Shown piece after piece: positions 1 to 8,925 of a DNA stretch of 64,000 nt (within the stretch, counting starts at the first letter, position 1; each line of letters begins with the position of its first letter). The notes below the pieces were generated by a model, which was given only the letters and a program-made list of their open reading frames with translations, did not search any database and was not told the DNA's origin. The position numbers and the translations under genes were made by a program. The stretch comes from a virus (taxonomy: Duplodnaviria > Heunggongvirae > Uroviricota > Caudoviricetes), in IMG/VR virus record IMGVR_UViG_3300046477_000062, positions 54,548 to 118,547 of that record, one strand, 5' to 3'.

Positions 1-6
1 AACGAT

Positions 7-312
7 ATGATCAACGCCGCGTTCGAATTTACCGGCGCACTCTTTGTCCTGAATAACTGCTGGACGCTTTACCGGGACAAGTTGGTTCGTGGTGTCTCCC
101 TGCTGACGACGCTGTACTTCACGTCATGGGGCGGCTGGAACGTATTTTACTACCCGTCCCTCGGACAACGCTGGTCGTTTGTCGCGGGCATGTGCATCTG
201 CACGGCGAATATATTATGGATTTTCCTGATGCTATATTACAAACGTAAAGAAAAGATTCGAACCACTAATGAGTGCTTTGCTCCAACGCCTCAAGGCAAC
301 ATCAACAATTAA
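7..312 (+). CDS. small hydrophobic (membrane) protein, possibly 5'-truncated by the window edge
   Basis: ORF with hydrophobic segments immediately upstream of uvsX; its last residues overlap the uvsX start. Confidence 0.3.
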   Translation: MINAAFEFTGALFVLNNCWTLYRDKLVRGVSLLTTLYFTSWGGWNVFYYPSLGQRWSFVAGMCICTANILWIFLMLYYKRKEKIRTTNECFAPTPQGNINN

Positions 313-1381
313 AGAAGCTGCTGTACTGACGGAATCGAAGCTGTACAACGCGAAGGACATGATTTCGACGCCGGTCCCCGCGTTCAACGTAGCGCTGTCT
401 GGCAAACTCAATGGTGGGTTTGTCCCCGGTGTCACTCTGATTGCTGGTCCGTCGCGCCACTTCAAGACGGGCTTTGTCCTGCTGATGATCAAGGCGTATC
501 TGGATCAATACCCCGAAGCTGTCGTCATCTTCTATGACAGCGAATTCGGCACGCCGCAGTCCTACTTTGATGCTTTCGGTATCGACACGTCGCGCATCCT
601 TCATGTCCCGATCAAGGACATGGAAGAACTGAAGTTCGACGTGATGAACTACTTCGATACGAAGAACAAAGAGGGCATCAAGCGTGGCGACAAGGTAATG
701 ATCGCAATCGATTCGCTTGGCAACCTTGCATCGCGGAAAGAAGTCGAAGACGCGACGAACGAAAAGTCCGTGGCCGACATGACCCGCGCGAAACAGATGA
801 AGTCGATCTTCCGCATGATCACGCCGCACCTTCGTATGAAGGACATCCCGTTGGTCGGTATTCAGCACACGTACCAGACCCAAGAGATGTACTCGAAGAC
901 GGTCGTTTCTGGCGGCACTGGCGGCATCTACTCGGCTGACACCATCTTCATCATTGGTCGTCAACAAGACGCCGAAGGTGAGGGCGCTAAGAAGGTTCTG
1001 AACGGTTACGACTTCATCATCAACGTCGAGAAGTCGCGCTATGTGAAAGAGAAGTCGAAGATTCCGGTCACGATTTCGTTCACTGGCGGCATGTCGAAGT
1101 GGTCTGGCCTGTTCGAATGGGCTGTTGAAGGCAACTTCATCAAGCTGAACGGCAAGAAAGAACGTCGAGATGCTTACTCGCTGGTCGATGAAGACGGCGT
1201 GCTGGCCGAAGAAAAGTTCACGAAGAAGGAACTGAACTCTGCTGAGTTTTGGATTCCTGTCATGACCAACAAGCGGTTCCAAGAGTTCGTTGAACAGAAG
1301 TACAAGTTGTCGGAAGTGAAGATGTTGAGCGATGATGAAATTGCAGACATCTACGACGATCTTGAAGAAGTAGAGGAATAA
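269..1381 (+). CDS. uvsX: UvsX RecA-like recombinase
   Basis: RecA/UvsX fold and Walker motif (GPSRHFKTG); length and T4 uvsX-40-41 synteny. Confidence 0.9.
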   Translation: MSALLQRLKATSTIKEAAVLTESKLYNAKDMISTPVPAFNVALSGKLNGGFVPGVTLIAGPSRHFKTGFVLLMIKAYLDQYPEAVVIFYDSEFGTPQSYFDAFGIDTSRILHVPIKDMEELKFDVMNYFDTKNKEGIKRGDKVMIAIDSLGNLASRKEVEDATNEKSVADMTRAKQMKSIFRMITPHLRMKDIPLVGIQHTYQTQEMYSKTVVSGGTGGIYSADTIFIIGRQQDAEGEGAKKVLNGYDFIINVEKSRYVKEKSKIPVTISFTGGMSKWSGLFEWAVEGNFIKLNGKKERRDAYSLVDEDGVLAEEKFTKKELNSAEFWIPVMTNKRFQEFVEQKYKLSEVKMLSDDEIADIYDDLEEVEE

Positions 1382-1384
1382 AGC

Positions 1385-1663
1385 ATGGCGCACCCGCAAT
1401 ATGACCTGATCGAAATCGACGGGGAAGACGGCTGGTGCATCAAGATCAAGTCGGGTCCGTATCGAGACGTGGTTTATAAGTACAACTACGTCAAGATTAT
1501 AGAACCCGACAATCCTGATGGCTATGCGACCCTGAAGTTCGATTATGAAGTTCTGTACCACGCAGAACTAACCGAAGACATGTTCAAGAAAGCGTTCGAG
1601 ACGGTTCTAGGTGACATTTTATATGACGTAATAAGTACCTCACCCGAACCAGATAAAGATTGA
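1385..1663 (+). CDS. small protein at the T4 gene 40 position
   Basis: Located between uvsX and gp41 as gene 40 is in T4; no motif recognised. Confidence 0.4.
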   Translation: MAHPQYDLIEIDGEDGWCIKIKSGPYRDVVYKYNYVKIIEPDNPDGYATLKFDYEVLYHAELTEDMFKKAFETVLGDILYDVISTSPEPDKD

Positions 1664-1667
1664 TTGA

Positions 1668-3083
1668 ATGGAACGCATTGAAAAGACGATCCTGCAAGGT
1701 CTGATTTACAACGAAGACTACATGCGGAAGGTATTTCCTTTCCTGAAGCAAGAGTACTTCTCGGATCAGATTGATGGTCAGATGTACAAGACTATCTCAG
1801 GATTCATTTCGGAGTACAACAAGTGCCCGTCAAAAGAAGCCATCGAGATTTCGCTGCAAAATGATCGTGGTGTCGGAGAAGACACCTACGAGAACTGTAT
1901 CAATGAACTGAATGAGTATGTCCCTACAGATACCGTCAACGAATTCCTGATCAACGAGACGGAAAAGTTTTGCAAGGAACGCGCCGTCTACAATGCGATC
2001 ACCCGTTCGATCAATGTGATGGACGGCCGGGACCGCGAACTTGGTCCTGATGGTATCCCTCAGTTGCTTCAAGATGCGCTGGCGGTTGCGTTCAACAGCA
2101 ATGTCGGTCATGACTACTTCAACGACGCAGAGAAGCGGTTTGAGTTCTATAACCGCGAAGAAGAACGCATCCCGTTCCATCTGGACCTACTGAACAAGGT
2201 CACGAAGGGTGGACCGCCCAAGAAGACCCTGACGTGCGTGCTGGCCCCGACTGGCGCTGGTAAGTCGCTGTTCATGACGGATTGGGCGTCGTTCCTAGTG
2301 GCATCCGGTTTCAACGTCCTTTACATCACCTGTGAAATGGCGGAAGAACGCATCGCAGAACGTAATGACGCGAATCTGCTGGATGTTCCGCTGGACCAGT
2401 TGAAGAAGATGGACAAAGAGACATACATGGGTCGTATGTCGAAGATCACGTCCAAGACGCAAGGCCGGATGTTCATCAAGGAATATCCGACTTCATCGGC
2501 GCACGTTGGTCACTTCAAGGCGCTGCTGAACGAACTGAAGATCAAGCAGAAGTTTGTCCCCGACATCATCTTCGTGGACTACATCAACATTTGTTTGTCG
2601 CAACGATACAAGGCCGGTGGTAATGCCAACAGCTACACCATCGTCAAGGCCACGGCAGAAGAACTGCGCGGCATGGCGGTTGAATATGATGTGCCGGTCG
2701 TCACTGCCACTCAGGTTAATCGAGACGGTATGGACAATTCGGACATCGACATGACGAACACATCTGAATCAATGGGTCTGCCTATGTCGCTGGATATCTT
2801 CTTCGCGCTGATCCCAACAGAAGAACTAGAAAAGATGAACCAGATCATGATCAAGCAGTTGAAGAACCGGTTTGGCGACATCAACTACTTCAAGCGGTTC
2901 GTGGTTGGTATCGACCGATCAAAGATGCGGCTATACGACATCGAGACAAGTGCGCAAGACAACGTGATGAAAGATGCGGCAGAGAAAGAAGCAAAGTCGG
3001 CCTATGAGTCGGATGAATTCAAGGCGGCGATGACGAAGGCCAAACCTCGCACCGGATTCGACTTCGATTCGATTAAGTGGTAA
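1668..3083 (+). CDS. 41: gp41 replicative DNA helicase (DnaB family)
   Basis: DnaB-like Walker A LAPTGAGKS and ITCEM motifs; synteny. Confidence 0.9.
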   Translation: MERIEKTILQGLIYNEDYMRKVFPFLKQEYFSDQIDGQMYKTISGFISEYNKCPSKEAIEISLQNDRGVGEDTYENCINELNEYVPTDTVNEFLINETEKFCKERAVYNAITRSINVMDGRDRELGPDGIPQLLQDALAVAFNSNVGHDYFNDAEKRFEFYNREEERIPFHLDLLNKVTKGGPPKKTLTCVLAPTGAGKSLFMTDWASFLVASGFNVLYITCEMAEERIAERNDANLLDVPLDQLKKMDKETYMGRMSKITSKTQGRMFIKEYPTSSAHVGHFKALLNELKIKQKFVPDIIFVDYINICLSQRYKAGGNANSYTIVKATAEELRGMAVEYDVPVVTATQVNRDGMDNSDIDMTNTSESMGLPMSLDIFFALIPTEELEKMNQIMIKQLKNRFGDINYFKRFVVGIDRSKMRLYDIETSAQDNVMKDAAEKEAKSAYESDEFKAAMTKAKPRTGFDFDSIKW

Positions 3084-3086
3084 GAC

Positions 3087-3093
3087 CTAAATA
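3087..3093 (+). promoter_or_regulatory. CTAAATA late-promoter-like box
   Basis: CTAAATACTC 27 nt upstream of the ATG at 3120; the same heptamer recurs upstream of several genes. Confidence 0.4.
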
Positions 3094-3119
3094 CTCTCAG
3101 AAACACTCTGGGAGTAGTC

Positions 3120-3794
3120 ATGCAACACGCGAAGAAAATAAACCGGCGCTTGAAGCCGTTATATGACACTCTGAGGGGTCGGCGCGACATCAGTCACGCT
3201 GATCTTCGAAAGCTGATCCAGACCGCCATACGCCCGTTTAAGGCCCGATGTGTGCTGTATGGTAAGCCTATCGCCAACGATGATGCCGGTATCAGTGGCG
3301 TGTTCCAACCCGAAGATCATCACTGGCCCATCAACATCGAAGTCCATGTGTCGAAGTACAGCGATAAACTGGTCCTATCCGACAGACTAGTCAAGCACAT
3401 GGTCTATGCGATCTTCCAATCCCTCTCGCACGAACTGATTCACAAGCACCAGTACCGGTATAGAGACGACCGCGCACCAATCGAGATGTACCTGTTGGGC
3501 GATGGCGCACCGATGACGGAACGCCAAGCGTATCTGGCTGAAGTAGATGAAATAGACGCCTACGCACATGACATTGCCGTCGATCTGTTCTTCAACTATC
3601 CCGGTAAGCATATGGACCATCTTCGAGATGGTCGCTACATGACTTCTCTGGCTTGGCAGATGTATGTCGAAGCCTTCCACGGCACTGACTGGAAGGACAT
3701 TCGCAACCGTCTGTACAAGAAGACCTACCAACATCTCACCCGGATTCGGGACAACCAAGAAGGATTCACATGTACGATCACTTTCTCTCGTTAG
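3120..3794 (+). CDS. putative zinc metallopeptidase (HExxH motif)
   Basis: HELIH motif at SLSHELIHKHQ; SD GGGAG upstream. Confidence 0.4.
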   Translation: MQHAKKINRRLKPLYDTLRGRRDISHADLRKLIQTAIRPFKARCVLYGKPIANDDAGISGVFQPEDHHWPINIEVHVSKYSDKLVLSDRLVKHMVYAIFQSLSHELIHKHQYRYRDDRAPIEMYLLGDGAPMTERQAYLAEVDEIDAYAHDIAVDLFFNYPGKHMDHLRDGRYMTSLAWQMYVEAFHGTDWKDIRNRLYKKTYQHLTRIRDNQEGFTCTITFSR

Positions 3795-3955
3795 CCGACT
3801 TGATTCAGCTTGTGCTGATGCTGGCCGCGTGCTACGCTTGCTACAGACGTGGGATTACTGTTGGAACAATCTCAACGTTGGAAAAGCTTGAACAGATGGG
3901 TGTTGTAAAGTTGCAACGTGAAGGCGACGACACGGAACAACAAGAAGAAAAGTAA
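3770..3955 (+). CDS. small membrane protein
   Basis: 61-aa ORF with a hydrophobic core. Confidence 0.3.
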   Translation: MYDHFLSLADLIQLVLMLAACYACYRRGITVGTISTLEKLEQMGVVKLQREGDDTEQQEEK

Positions 3956-3963
3956 AAAAGAAG

Positions 3964-3993
3964 TTGACCACGTTTGGGAATTCATGTACAATG
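3964..3993 (+). promoter_or_regulatory. sigma70-like early promoter (TTGACC-N17-TACAAT)
   Basis: Hexamers with the conserved spacer motif CGTTTGGGAATTC in inverted orientation; no ORF follows for about 280 nt. Confidence 0.55.
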
Positions 3994-4275
3994 TGGTTTC
4001 ACAGTTGATGATGTTGATCAACACCGGTTGTGGGAAATCCGGGCAAAATTCCTAATTGACTGTGGGCGTGGCGAAATTGGTAAACGCTACGTGATAGTAG
4101 GGTTCTACCGTGCGGCGGTAAAGCTACGCGGTTCAAGGAATCCGAGGCCATGTTGCCTTTGTGCTTGCGGGTTCAACTCCCGCCGTCCACACAACCGGGT
4201 AGAGCGAGCAATTACGCCAGTTATCGGGAACATGCGACCCTGACTACCCGAACTAAACCTGTAGATAAACTAAAG
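3994..4275 (+). ncRNA. candidate structured non-coding RNA or long leader with a tRNA-like T-arm
   Basis: Promoter-driven region without a credible CDS. GCGGG-TTCAACT-CCCGC T-arm at 4167..4183; GTGGGCG at 4062 pairs with CGTCCAC at 4184. No canonical cloverleaf could be folded. Confidence 0.25.
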
Positions 4276-4482
4276 ATGAAGAAGCAAGCAACCCAGAAGT
4301 CGAAGATCGAAGCAATCCTGCGCAAAGGCCGTCTCCTGACGCCGACGCAAGCGAAGTCGTATGGCATCACCAAGCCGTCCGCGCGTATCAGCGAACTGCG
4401 TGACGATGGTCTGAACGTGCAAAGCACCACGAACAAGTCGGGCAAGTTTGCATGGAAGTTGGGTACGCCCGCTTTCGCCTAA
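4276..4482 (+). CDS. small basic HTH-like DNA-binding protein
   Basis: 69 aa, lysine-rich; GITKPSARISELRDDGL resembles a helix-turn-helix. Confidence 0.4.
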   Translation: MKKQATQKSKIEAILRKGRLLTPTQAKSYGITKPSARISELRDDGLNVQSTTNKSGKFAWKLGTPAFA

Positions 4483-4578
4483 GCATCATCCTGCACTGAA
4501 CTGCGCCACAAGCGGACCTTTCCCAAACATCTACGCTTGTGGCGTGTGCGAACCCCTACATCAACTGAGAAATATCGA

Positions 4579-4986
4579 ATGCTGCATAATCTGTCGGTCG
4601 AAGAAGTTCAAAACAACGTCGCAAGCGAGACGAACATCGAAGTCCTTCGCAATGCGCTGATCCTCGCGAATCAACTGATCACGGCGCTGGATCAGACGGT
4701 CGTCTCACTTCTGGACGACCTTGAAGAAGCCCTCGAAGAAAACGAAGCACTGTTCGCTGATGCAGAACGCTATACGCTGGTGAAGTTCACGCTTCCGGCG
4801 ATGCTGGAAATCGCAACCAAGGCTGGCGCAAACAGCCCGCAGCTTGCAGAAGTGTTTGGTCGCCTGACGCCCGATACGCTTGATGAAGCACTGGACTCGG
4901 CAATCGCCCACGGCGCACTTGACGAACTTCGTGCAGCATACGAAGCTGATCAGGCAGAAGCGGCACAAGGTAGCCGCTTGGACTAA
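4579..4986 (+). CDS. acidic hypothetical protein
   Basis: ORF with a D/E-rich helical sequence. Confidence 0.4.
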   Translation: MLHNLSVEEVQNNVASETNIEVLRNALILANQLITALDQTVVSLLDDLEEALEENEALFADAERYTLVKFTLPAMLEIATKAGANSPQLAEVFGRLTPDTLDEALDSAIAHGALDELRAAYEADQAEAAQGSRLD

Positions 4987-5108
4987 GAATCCAGCTTTAA
5001 GCGGCTGAAAGATACCGGTAGTGTCGGGTAAGGAAAGCAAACGGAGAATGGGAAGCGAAACGGGTTGAGCCTGAGTAGCGGATACCTCACCGGCCAGACA
5101 CACAAGAA

Positions 5109-5157
5109 CCCCAAACTTGTTTTCATCGAAAGATGTTGACACGTTTGGGGTTTTTTG
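5109..5157 (+). terminator. hairpin plus U-run that encloses the next promoter's -35
   Basis: CCCCAAAC ... GTTTGGGG inverted repeat followed by TTTTTT. Confidence 0.45.
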
Positions 5158-5164
5158 TTATAGT
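5136..5164 (+). promoter_or_regulatory. sigma70-like early promoter (TTGACA-N17-TATAGT)
   Basis: Hexamers with CGTTTGGGG spacer motif; conserved leader ACGGAG then ATG. Confidence 0.6.
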
Positions 5165-5195
5165 TCTTCCATACCAACGAAACGGAGCGCACCAC

Positions 5196-6371
5196 ATGAG
5201 CCAACTGATCATCGCTGAGTACCGCATCGAAGAACTGCTTGCCCGCGTGAAGAAGTTCAACAACAAGGCCAAGAAGCTGAATCTTCCGGTCATCGTGGCG
5301 ACGCAAACGGAACTGAAGTCGAAGACCTTCAAGTCCCGCGATTCGGACGGCATCCTGCGTGAGTACACGATCAACTACGCGACCTTCGATCTGGCTGGCG
5401 ACATCCCGCGTATCGACGGTTGGGCGATTCACTCGAAGGTCGAACCGTCTGGCGTGTTTGGTCAGAACTTCGTCTACTCGCAACCGGGTTTCGAACCGGT
5501 CGAAGCGCTGCGCACCACGGAGTTCATCTGCGAACACTGCAACATGAAGCGTGGCCGTTCGCTGGTGTACCTGCTTCAGAACATCGAGACGGGCGAACAG
5601 AAGTTGGTTGGTAAGTCGTGCCTGAAGGACTTCTTGCCGAACATCGATGTCGCTTCACTGCTGTCCTACCTCGAAGGGTTCCGTGAACTGAACACGTCGA
5701 ACCTCGATGAAGACGGCGAACGCGCTCCCCGCGAAGCTTACGTCTACAACACGAAGGAACTGATCGCAGAATGCCTCTACTCGATTCGCAAGGTCGGGTA
5801 TCGGTCAAAGAAGGCGGCACGCGACATGGGCGAAGAAGGCACGGAAACTTCGGCATGGATCGGTATCTCGGATGTCCAGAAGCGCGAAAAGCTGTACCCG
5901 CCCGTCGAAATGCGCCCGATCTTCGAATCCGGCGAAATCGAAAAGGTGGTCGAGTTCGTGAACGCCCTGAACCCGCGCGATGACTTCGGCTACAACCTGC
6001 AACTGGCGGTCCAACAGACGTATGCACCGATCAAGATGTTCGGTTTCGTAGCGGCGGGTGTTCAGATGTACCTGAAGTCGCTGGAAAAGGCCGCAGAAGC
6101 CGCGACGAAGACGAATGAGTACTTGGGGACTGTTGGTGAACGCATCGTCTTCAACGGCCTTAAAATCGTCCGCGTGACCCCGATTGAAGGTAGCTACGGT
6201 ACGACCTTCCTGACGGGCTTCGAAGATGATGCAGGCCGTTCGGTGGTCTGGTTTGCATCGAAGTGCCCCGGCAAGGTTGGTGAAGTGTTCAACCTGAAGG
6301 CCACGATTAAGGATCACAAGGAATATAACGGCACGAAGCAGACGGTGATTACCCGAGCATCGGAAGTGTAA
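5196..6371 (+). CDS. hypothetical protein with a central Cys zinc-ribbon
   Basis: 391 aa; CEHC...KSC motif; strong coding signal. Confidence 0.5.
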   Translation: MSQLIIAEYRIEELLARVKKFNNKAKKLNLPVIVATQTELKSKTFKSRDSDGILREYTINYATFDLAGDIPRIDGWAIHSKVEPSGVFGQNFVYSQPGFEPVEALRTTEFICEHCNMKRGRSLVYLLQNIETGEQKLVGKSCLKDFLPNIDVASLLSYLEGFRELNTSNLDEDGERAPREAYVYNTKELIAECLYSIRKVGYRSKKAARDMGEEGTETSAWIGISDVQKREKLYPPVEMRPIFESGEIEKVVEFVNALNPRDDFGYNLQLAVQQTYAPIKMFGFVAAGVQMYLKSLEKAAEAATKTNEYLGTVGERIVFNGLKIVRVTPIEGSYGTTFLTGFEDDAGRSVVWFASKCPGKVGEVFNLKATIKDHKEYNGTKQTVITRASEV

Positions 6372-6377
6372 AGAAAA

Positions 6378-6402
6378 GGGGACCGAAGTCCCCTTACTTT
6401 TT
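6378..6402 (+). terminator. rho-independent terminator
   Basis: GGGGAC-CGAA-GTCCCC hairpin followed by a T-run. Confidence 0.6.
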
Positions 6403-6431
6403 GGTGAATAAGTAGAAGACGGAGAGAAAAG

Positions 6432-6713
6432 ATGTTACGAAAGTGTAAAATCAGGACTGAGAATTGGTACTGGAATCGACAGCTTCAGCTTCGATTATTT
6501 CAGCTTGGTGTGATATGGCCGGGAGTGGGTCAGAGACTTTGGAACTGTCGCAACGGACGCGGGGACTACTTGTTCCTTGAACCTAAGTACGATGGTAGCG
6601 GCTGGTTTCTCAGTTGGGGTCGAGAATTCGACTTCGAACGCGCTGTTGATCTTCCCGAGACGACTGCGAAATTGTTACTGAAAGACCTCGAAGTGACATC
6701 CGTTAAAAACTAA
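6432..6713 (+). CDS. hypothetical protein
   Basis: ORF only; Trp-rich. Confidence 0.3.
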   Translation: MLRKCKIRTENWYWNRQLQLRLFQLGVIWPGVGQRLWNCRNGRGDYLFLEPKYDGSGWFLSWGREFDFERAVDLPETTAKLLLKDLEVTSVKN

Positions 6714-6716
6714 ATA
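6710..6716 (+). promoter_or_regulatory. CTAAATA late-promoter box within a CTAAATATTAGGT module
   Basis: The 13-mer CTAAATATTAGGT is identical to the one at 53635; TATTAGG/CCTAATA inverted repeat downstream. Confidence 0.4.
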
Positions 6717-6753
6717 TTAGGTTCAGATCAAATTCCTTCCTAATAACAGTTTT

Positions 6754-6807
6754 CCGCCTTCGGCGGCTGCGCTCGCGCAGATAACTAGTTCCTTACTTGT
6801 TCTTTTT
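6754..6807 (+). terminator. tandem GC hairpins (putative terminator or structured element)
   Basis: CCGCC-TTCG-GGCGG and CTGCGC-TCG-CGCAG hairpins, then a T-rich tail. Confidence 0.35.
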
Positions 6808-6899
6808 AGTTACCATGAACCCCAAAACCCATTATATCAATGTTGGGGATTCTTGTCAAGATAAATATTCGCGTTCCAACCTCAACAAAGGATACAACT

Positions 6900-7421
6900 A
6901 TGTCTTCATGGACTCTTAAAACACCGCCGACATTCCGGTCAGACGCAGTTGCGTCCGCATCGGGCTGGAAGCATCCGGTAACTGGCGAAGTGCTGGTTGC
7001 CATTCGTGGCCTCACCACGAAAAACGTTGATGCACTCGTTGTGCCGACCTTCACGCTGGCTGTTCCGGCTGATGCGACGTACACGGTGGGTCAAGCACTG
7101 GTCTTCACGGTGACGGCTTCTGAAGCGGTTACGATCAGCGGCACGCCCTCGATTGATGTGACCATCGGTTCGACGGTTCGCCAAGCGCAGTTCACTGGCA
7201 TCGATTCGACGCAGAAGATTCTCACGTTCTCGTACACGCTGGTTGCTGGTGACGCGGATGCTGACGGCATCGTGGTTGCCAACACCATCGACCTGAACAC
7301 GGTTGGTAAGGGCAAGGCGAAGGTCGTGGATCAAGTTGCGGGGTCGGCGGGTCAACCGATTGATGCTGCTGCGCTGACGTTCACGGTTCCGACAACCACT
7401 GGTATCAAGACCTCTGCGTAA
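6900..7421 (+). CDS. Ig-like (Big-domain-like) repeat protein; candidate virion decoration protein
   Basis: Repeated beta-strand-like TVTASEAVTISGTPSIDVTIGST segments; GATAAATA box upstream; RBS AAAGGA. Confidence 0.4.
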   Translation: MSSWTLKTPPTFRSDAVASASGWKHPVTGEVLVAIRGLTTKNVDALVVPTFTLAVPADATYTVGQALVFTVTASEAVTISGTPSIDVTIGSTVRQAQFTGIDSTQKILTFSYTLVAGDADADGIVVANTIDLNTVGKGKAKVVDQVAGSAGQPIDAAALTFTVPTTTGIKTSA

Positions 7422-7434
7422 TCTGTAGACGAAG

Positions 7435-7839
7435 ATGATTAAAGTCGATCTGACCGAAGACAACTTCGAGTTCTTCGCAATCAAGTATTACGATGACCCG
7501 AATTGTTTAGGAGTGCATGAATTCAAGGAAGACATGCAAAGGTTCAAGTACCTCAATCGACTTCTAAACAAATTCGAAGAAGGCGGCGAGATGAAGGTGA
7601 ATCTGATTCTGAACCATCTCGTCGTTCTCTACAATCTGTTCAACGATGCTGCAACCAACCTACTGTTCTACCGGGTTGCAGAGAAGCACTGGCCGATTCT
7701 GGTCCCGTTCCTGATCTACATCAATCGGATGCCTTCCGAGATATACCTATCTTCGAAGCGCACCATACATGACAGCGATATTCATATCGACATGAGCGTG
7801 GTCACGGCTTTGCGCGAATTCAACCGTCAAGGTTGTTAA
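7435..7839 (+). CDS. hypothetical protein
   Basis: ORF. Confidence 0.4.
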   Translation: MIKVDLTEDNFEFFAIKYYDDPNCLGVHEFKEDMQRFKYLNRLLNKFEEGGEMKVNLILNHLVVLYNLFNDAATNLLFYRVAEKHWPILVPFLIYINRMPSEIYLSSKRTIHDSDIHIDMSVVTALREFNRQGC

Positions 7840-7848
7840 GGACTAAAT

Positions 7849-8037
7849 ATGAAAACTGACAACCCCACTGCGCGACGGCCCCTCAAAACGTTCAAGATGT
7901 TCCTAGAGGATGCGGCTGCTGGCGCGGTTGCTGCGAATGCGACTGGCCCCGCCGTAGCTGGTACTGGTGATGACAAAGATACGGTCGTCGTCAAGAAGAA
8001 GCCAACCATCCAAACACGGAGCAAACCGAACGTATGA
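7849..8037 (+). CDS. hypothetical small protein
   Basis: ORF; Ala/Gly-rich. Confidence 0.3.
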   Translation: MKTDNPTARRPLKTFKMFLEDAAAGAVAANATGPAVAGTGDDKDTVVVKKKPTIQTRSKPNV

Positions 8038-8324
8038 AGACGATCATCCACAAGATGCGGTCGATTCTGATGAAGAAGACCGTCGAACAAATCGATGCTG
8101 GATTCGCTTGTCCGATCTGCCATGCAACTCACGTCCACAGCCACACATCAGGCGAAATCGTTGAGTATCGAAACAAGCTGAAGGCAGAACTGGCCCCGAA
8201 AGTCAGTCAACCTAACACATCACCGAAGCGCAAACCTGCCCCAAAGAAAGATGTTCCGGGTGAAGTAGTCACCGCACCACAGGCCCGCAAGAGAAAGCCA
8301 AGGAACAACAATCATGGCCGATAA
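8034..8324 (+). CDS. small zinc-binding protein (CPICH motif), basic C-terminus
   Basis: ACPICHATHVHSH motif; ATGA overlap with the upstream gene. Confidence 0.4.
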   Translation: MKTIIHKMRSILMKKTVEQIDAGFACPICHATHVHSHTSGEIVEYRNKLKAELAPKVSQPNTSPKRKPAPKKDVPGEVVTAPQARKRKPRNNNHGR

Positions 8325-8805
8325 TGAACTGGAACTTGCGCTGTTGCGCCGTGACACAGAAGCAACGACGCAGATCGTCACCAAGCTAGACAACGCGATT
8401 GAAAAGCTGACGGACCTTGGGACCGACATGAAGCAGATGTTGGTTCTTCACGAACAACGCCTTGGGCGACTGGAAAAGATTGACAACGAGATTCATGGAT
8501 TGGTTGAAACGCGCCGTGCAGAACTCCAAACCGACATCAACGATTTGGAGGGCAAAGTGGCTTCAACAGTCAAGGAAATTTCGAACGACATCAACAAGAC
8601 CGAAGACCGGCTGATGACGGCAATCAAGGGCGTGAAGGAAGACATCGAGAAGGACGGCAAGAAGAAGGACGAGAAGCACGATGAACTGGTGAAACGAGTG
8701 GATGCCCTCGAAAAATGGCGCTACATCATCATCGGTGGGGGTGTCGCTGTCGGCTTCATCATCGAGAAAGTTTTACCGATTTTCGGTATCGGGTCACACG
8801 GATGA
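8314..8805 (+). CDS. coiled-coil protein with a C-terminal transmembrane anchor
   Basis: Heptad-rich sequence and C-terminal IIIGGGVAVGFIIEKVLPIFGI segment. Confidence 0.45.
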   Translation: MADNELELALLRRDTEATTQIVTKLDNAIEKLTDLGTDMKQMLVLHEQRLGRLEKIDNEIHGLVETRRAELQTDINDLEGKVASTVKEISNDINKTEDRLMTAIKGVKEDIEKDGKKKDEKHDELVKRVDALEKWRYIIIGGGVAVGFIIEKVLPIFGIGSHG

Positions 8806-8822
8806 CCAAGTTTGTAGATAAG

Positions 8823-8846
8823 ACCGCCTTCGGGCGGTTTTGTCGT
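8823..8846 (+). terminator. rho-independent terminator
   Basis: CCGCC-TTCG-GGCGG hairpin then TTTTGTCGTTTC. Confidence 0.55.
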
Positions 8847-8855
8847 TTCTGGGAC

Positions 8856-8884
8856 TTGCAACAAGTCTGGGAATGTGAGATAAT
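8856..8884 (+). promoter_or_regulatory. sigma70-like early promoter (TTGCAA-N17-GATAAT)
   Basis: Spacer contains CAAGTCTGGGAA, the family motif in inverted orientation; precedes the primase gene. Confidence 0.45.
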
Positions 8885-8925
8885 GCTTCTATCGTATCCA
8901 CTGCATCATGAGTAAGTGACCAAAC

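Noticed and set aside
302-1561. 419-aa − strand ORF
   Set aside because: Entirely antisense to the well-supported uvsX gene; Arg/Val-rich composition typical of a shadow frame
4062-4191. Canonical tRNA gene
   Set aside because: A good T-arm and a pairable acceptor exist, but the ends are about 129 nt apart and I could not fold an anticodon arm, so I did not call a tRNA
3974-4243. 89-aa ORF after the 3964 promoter
   Set aside because: Its ATG lies within the -10 hexamer, so it would be absent from the transcript; composition unlike a protein. The region is treated as non-coding
5359-6317. Several overlapping 60 to 170-aa ORFs on both strands
   Set aside because: All lie inside the 5196..6371 gene in other frames; no independent start or RBS signals
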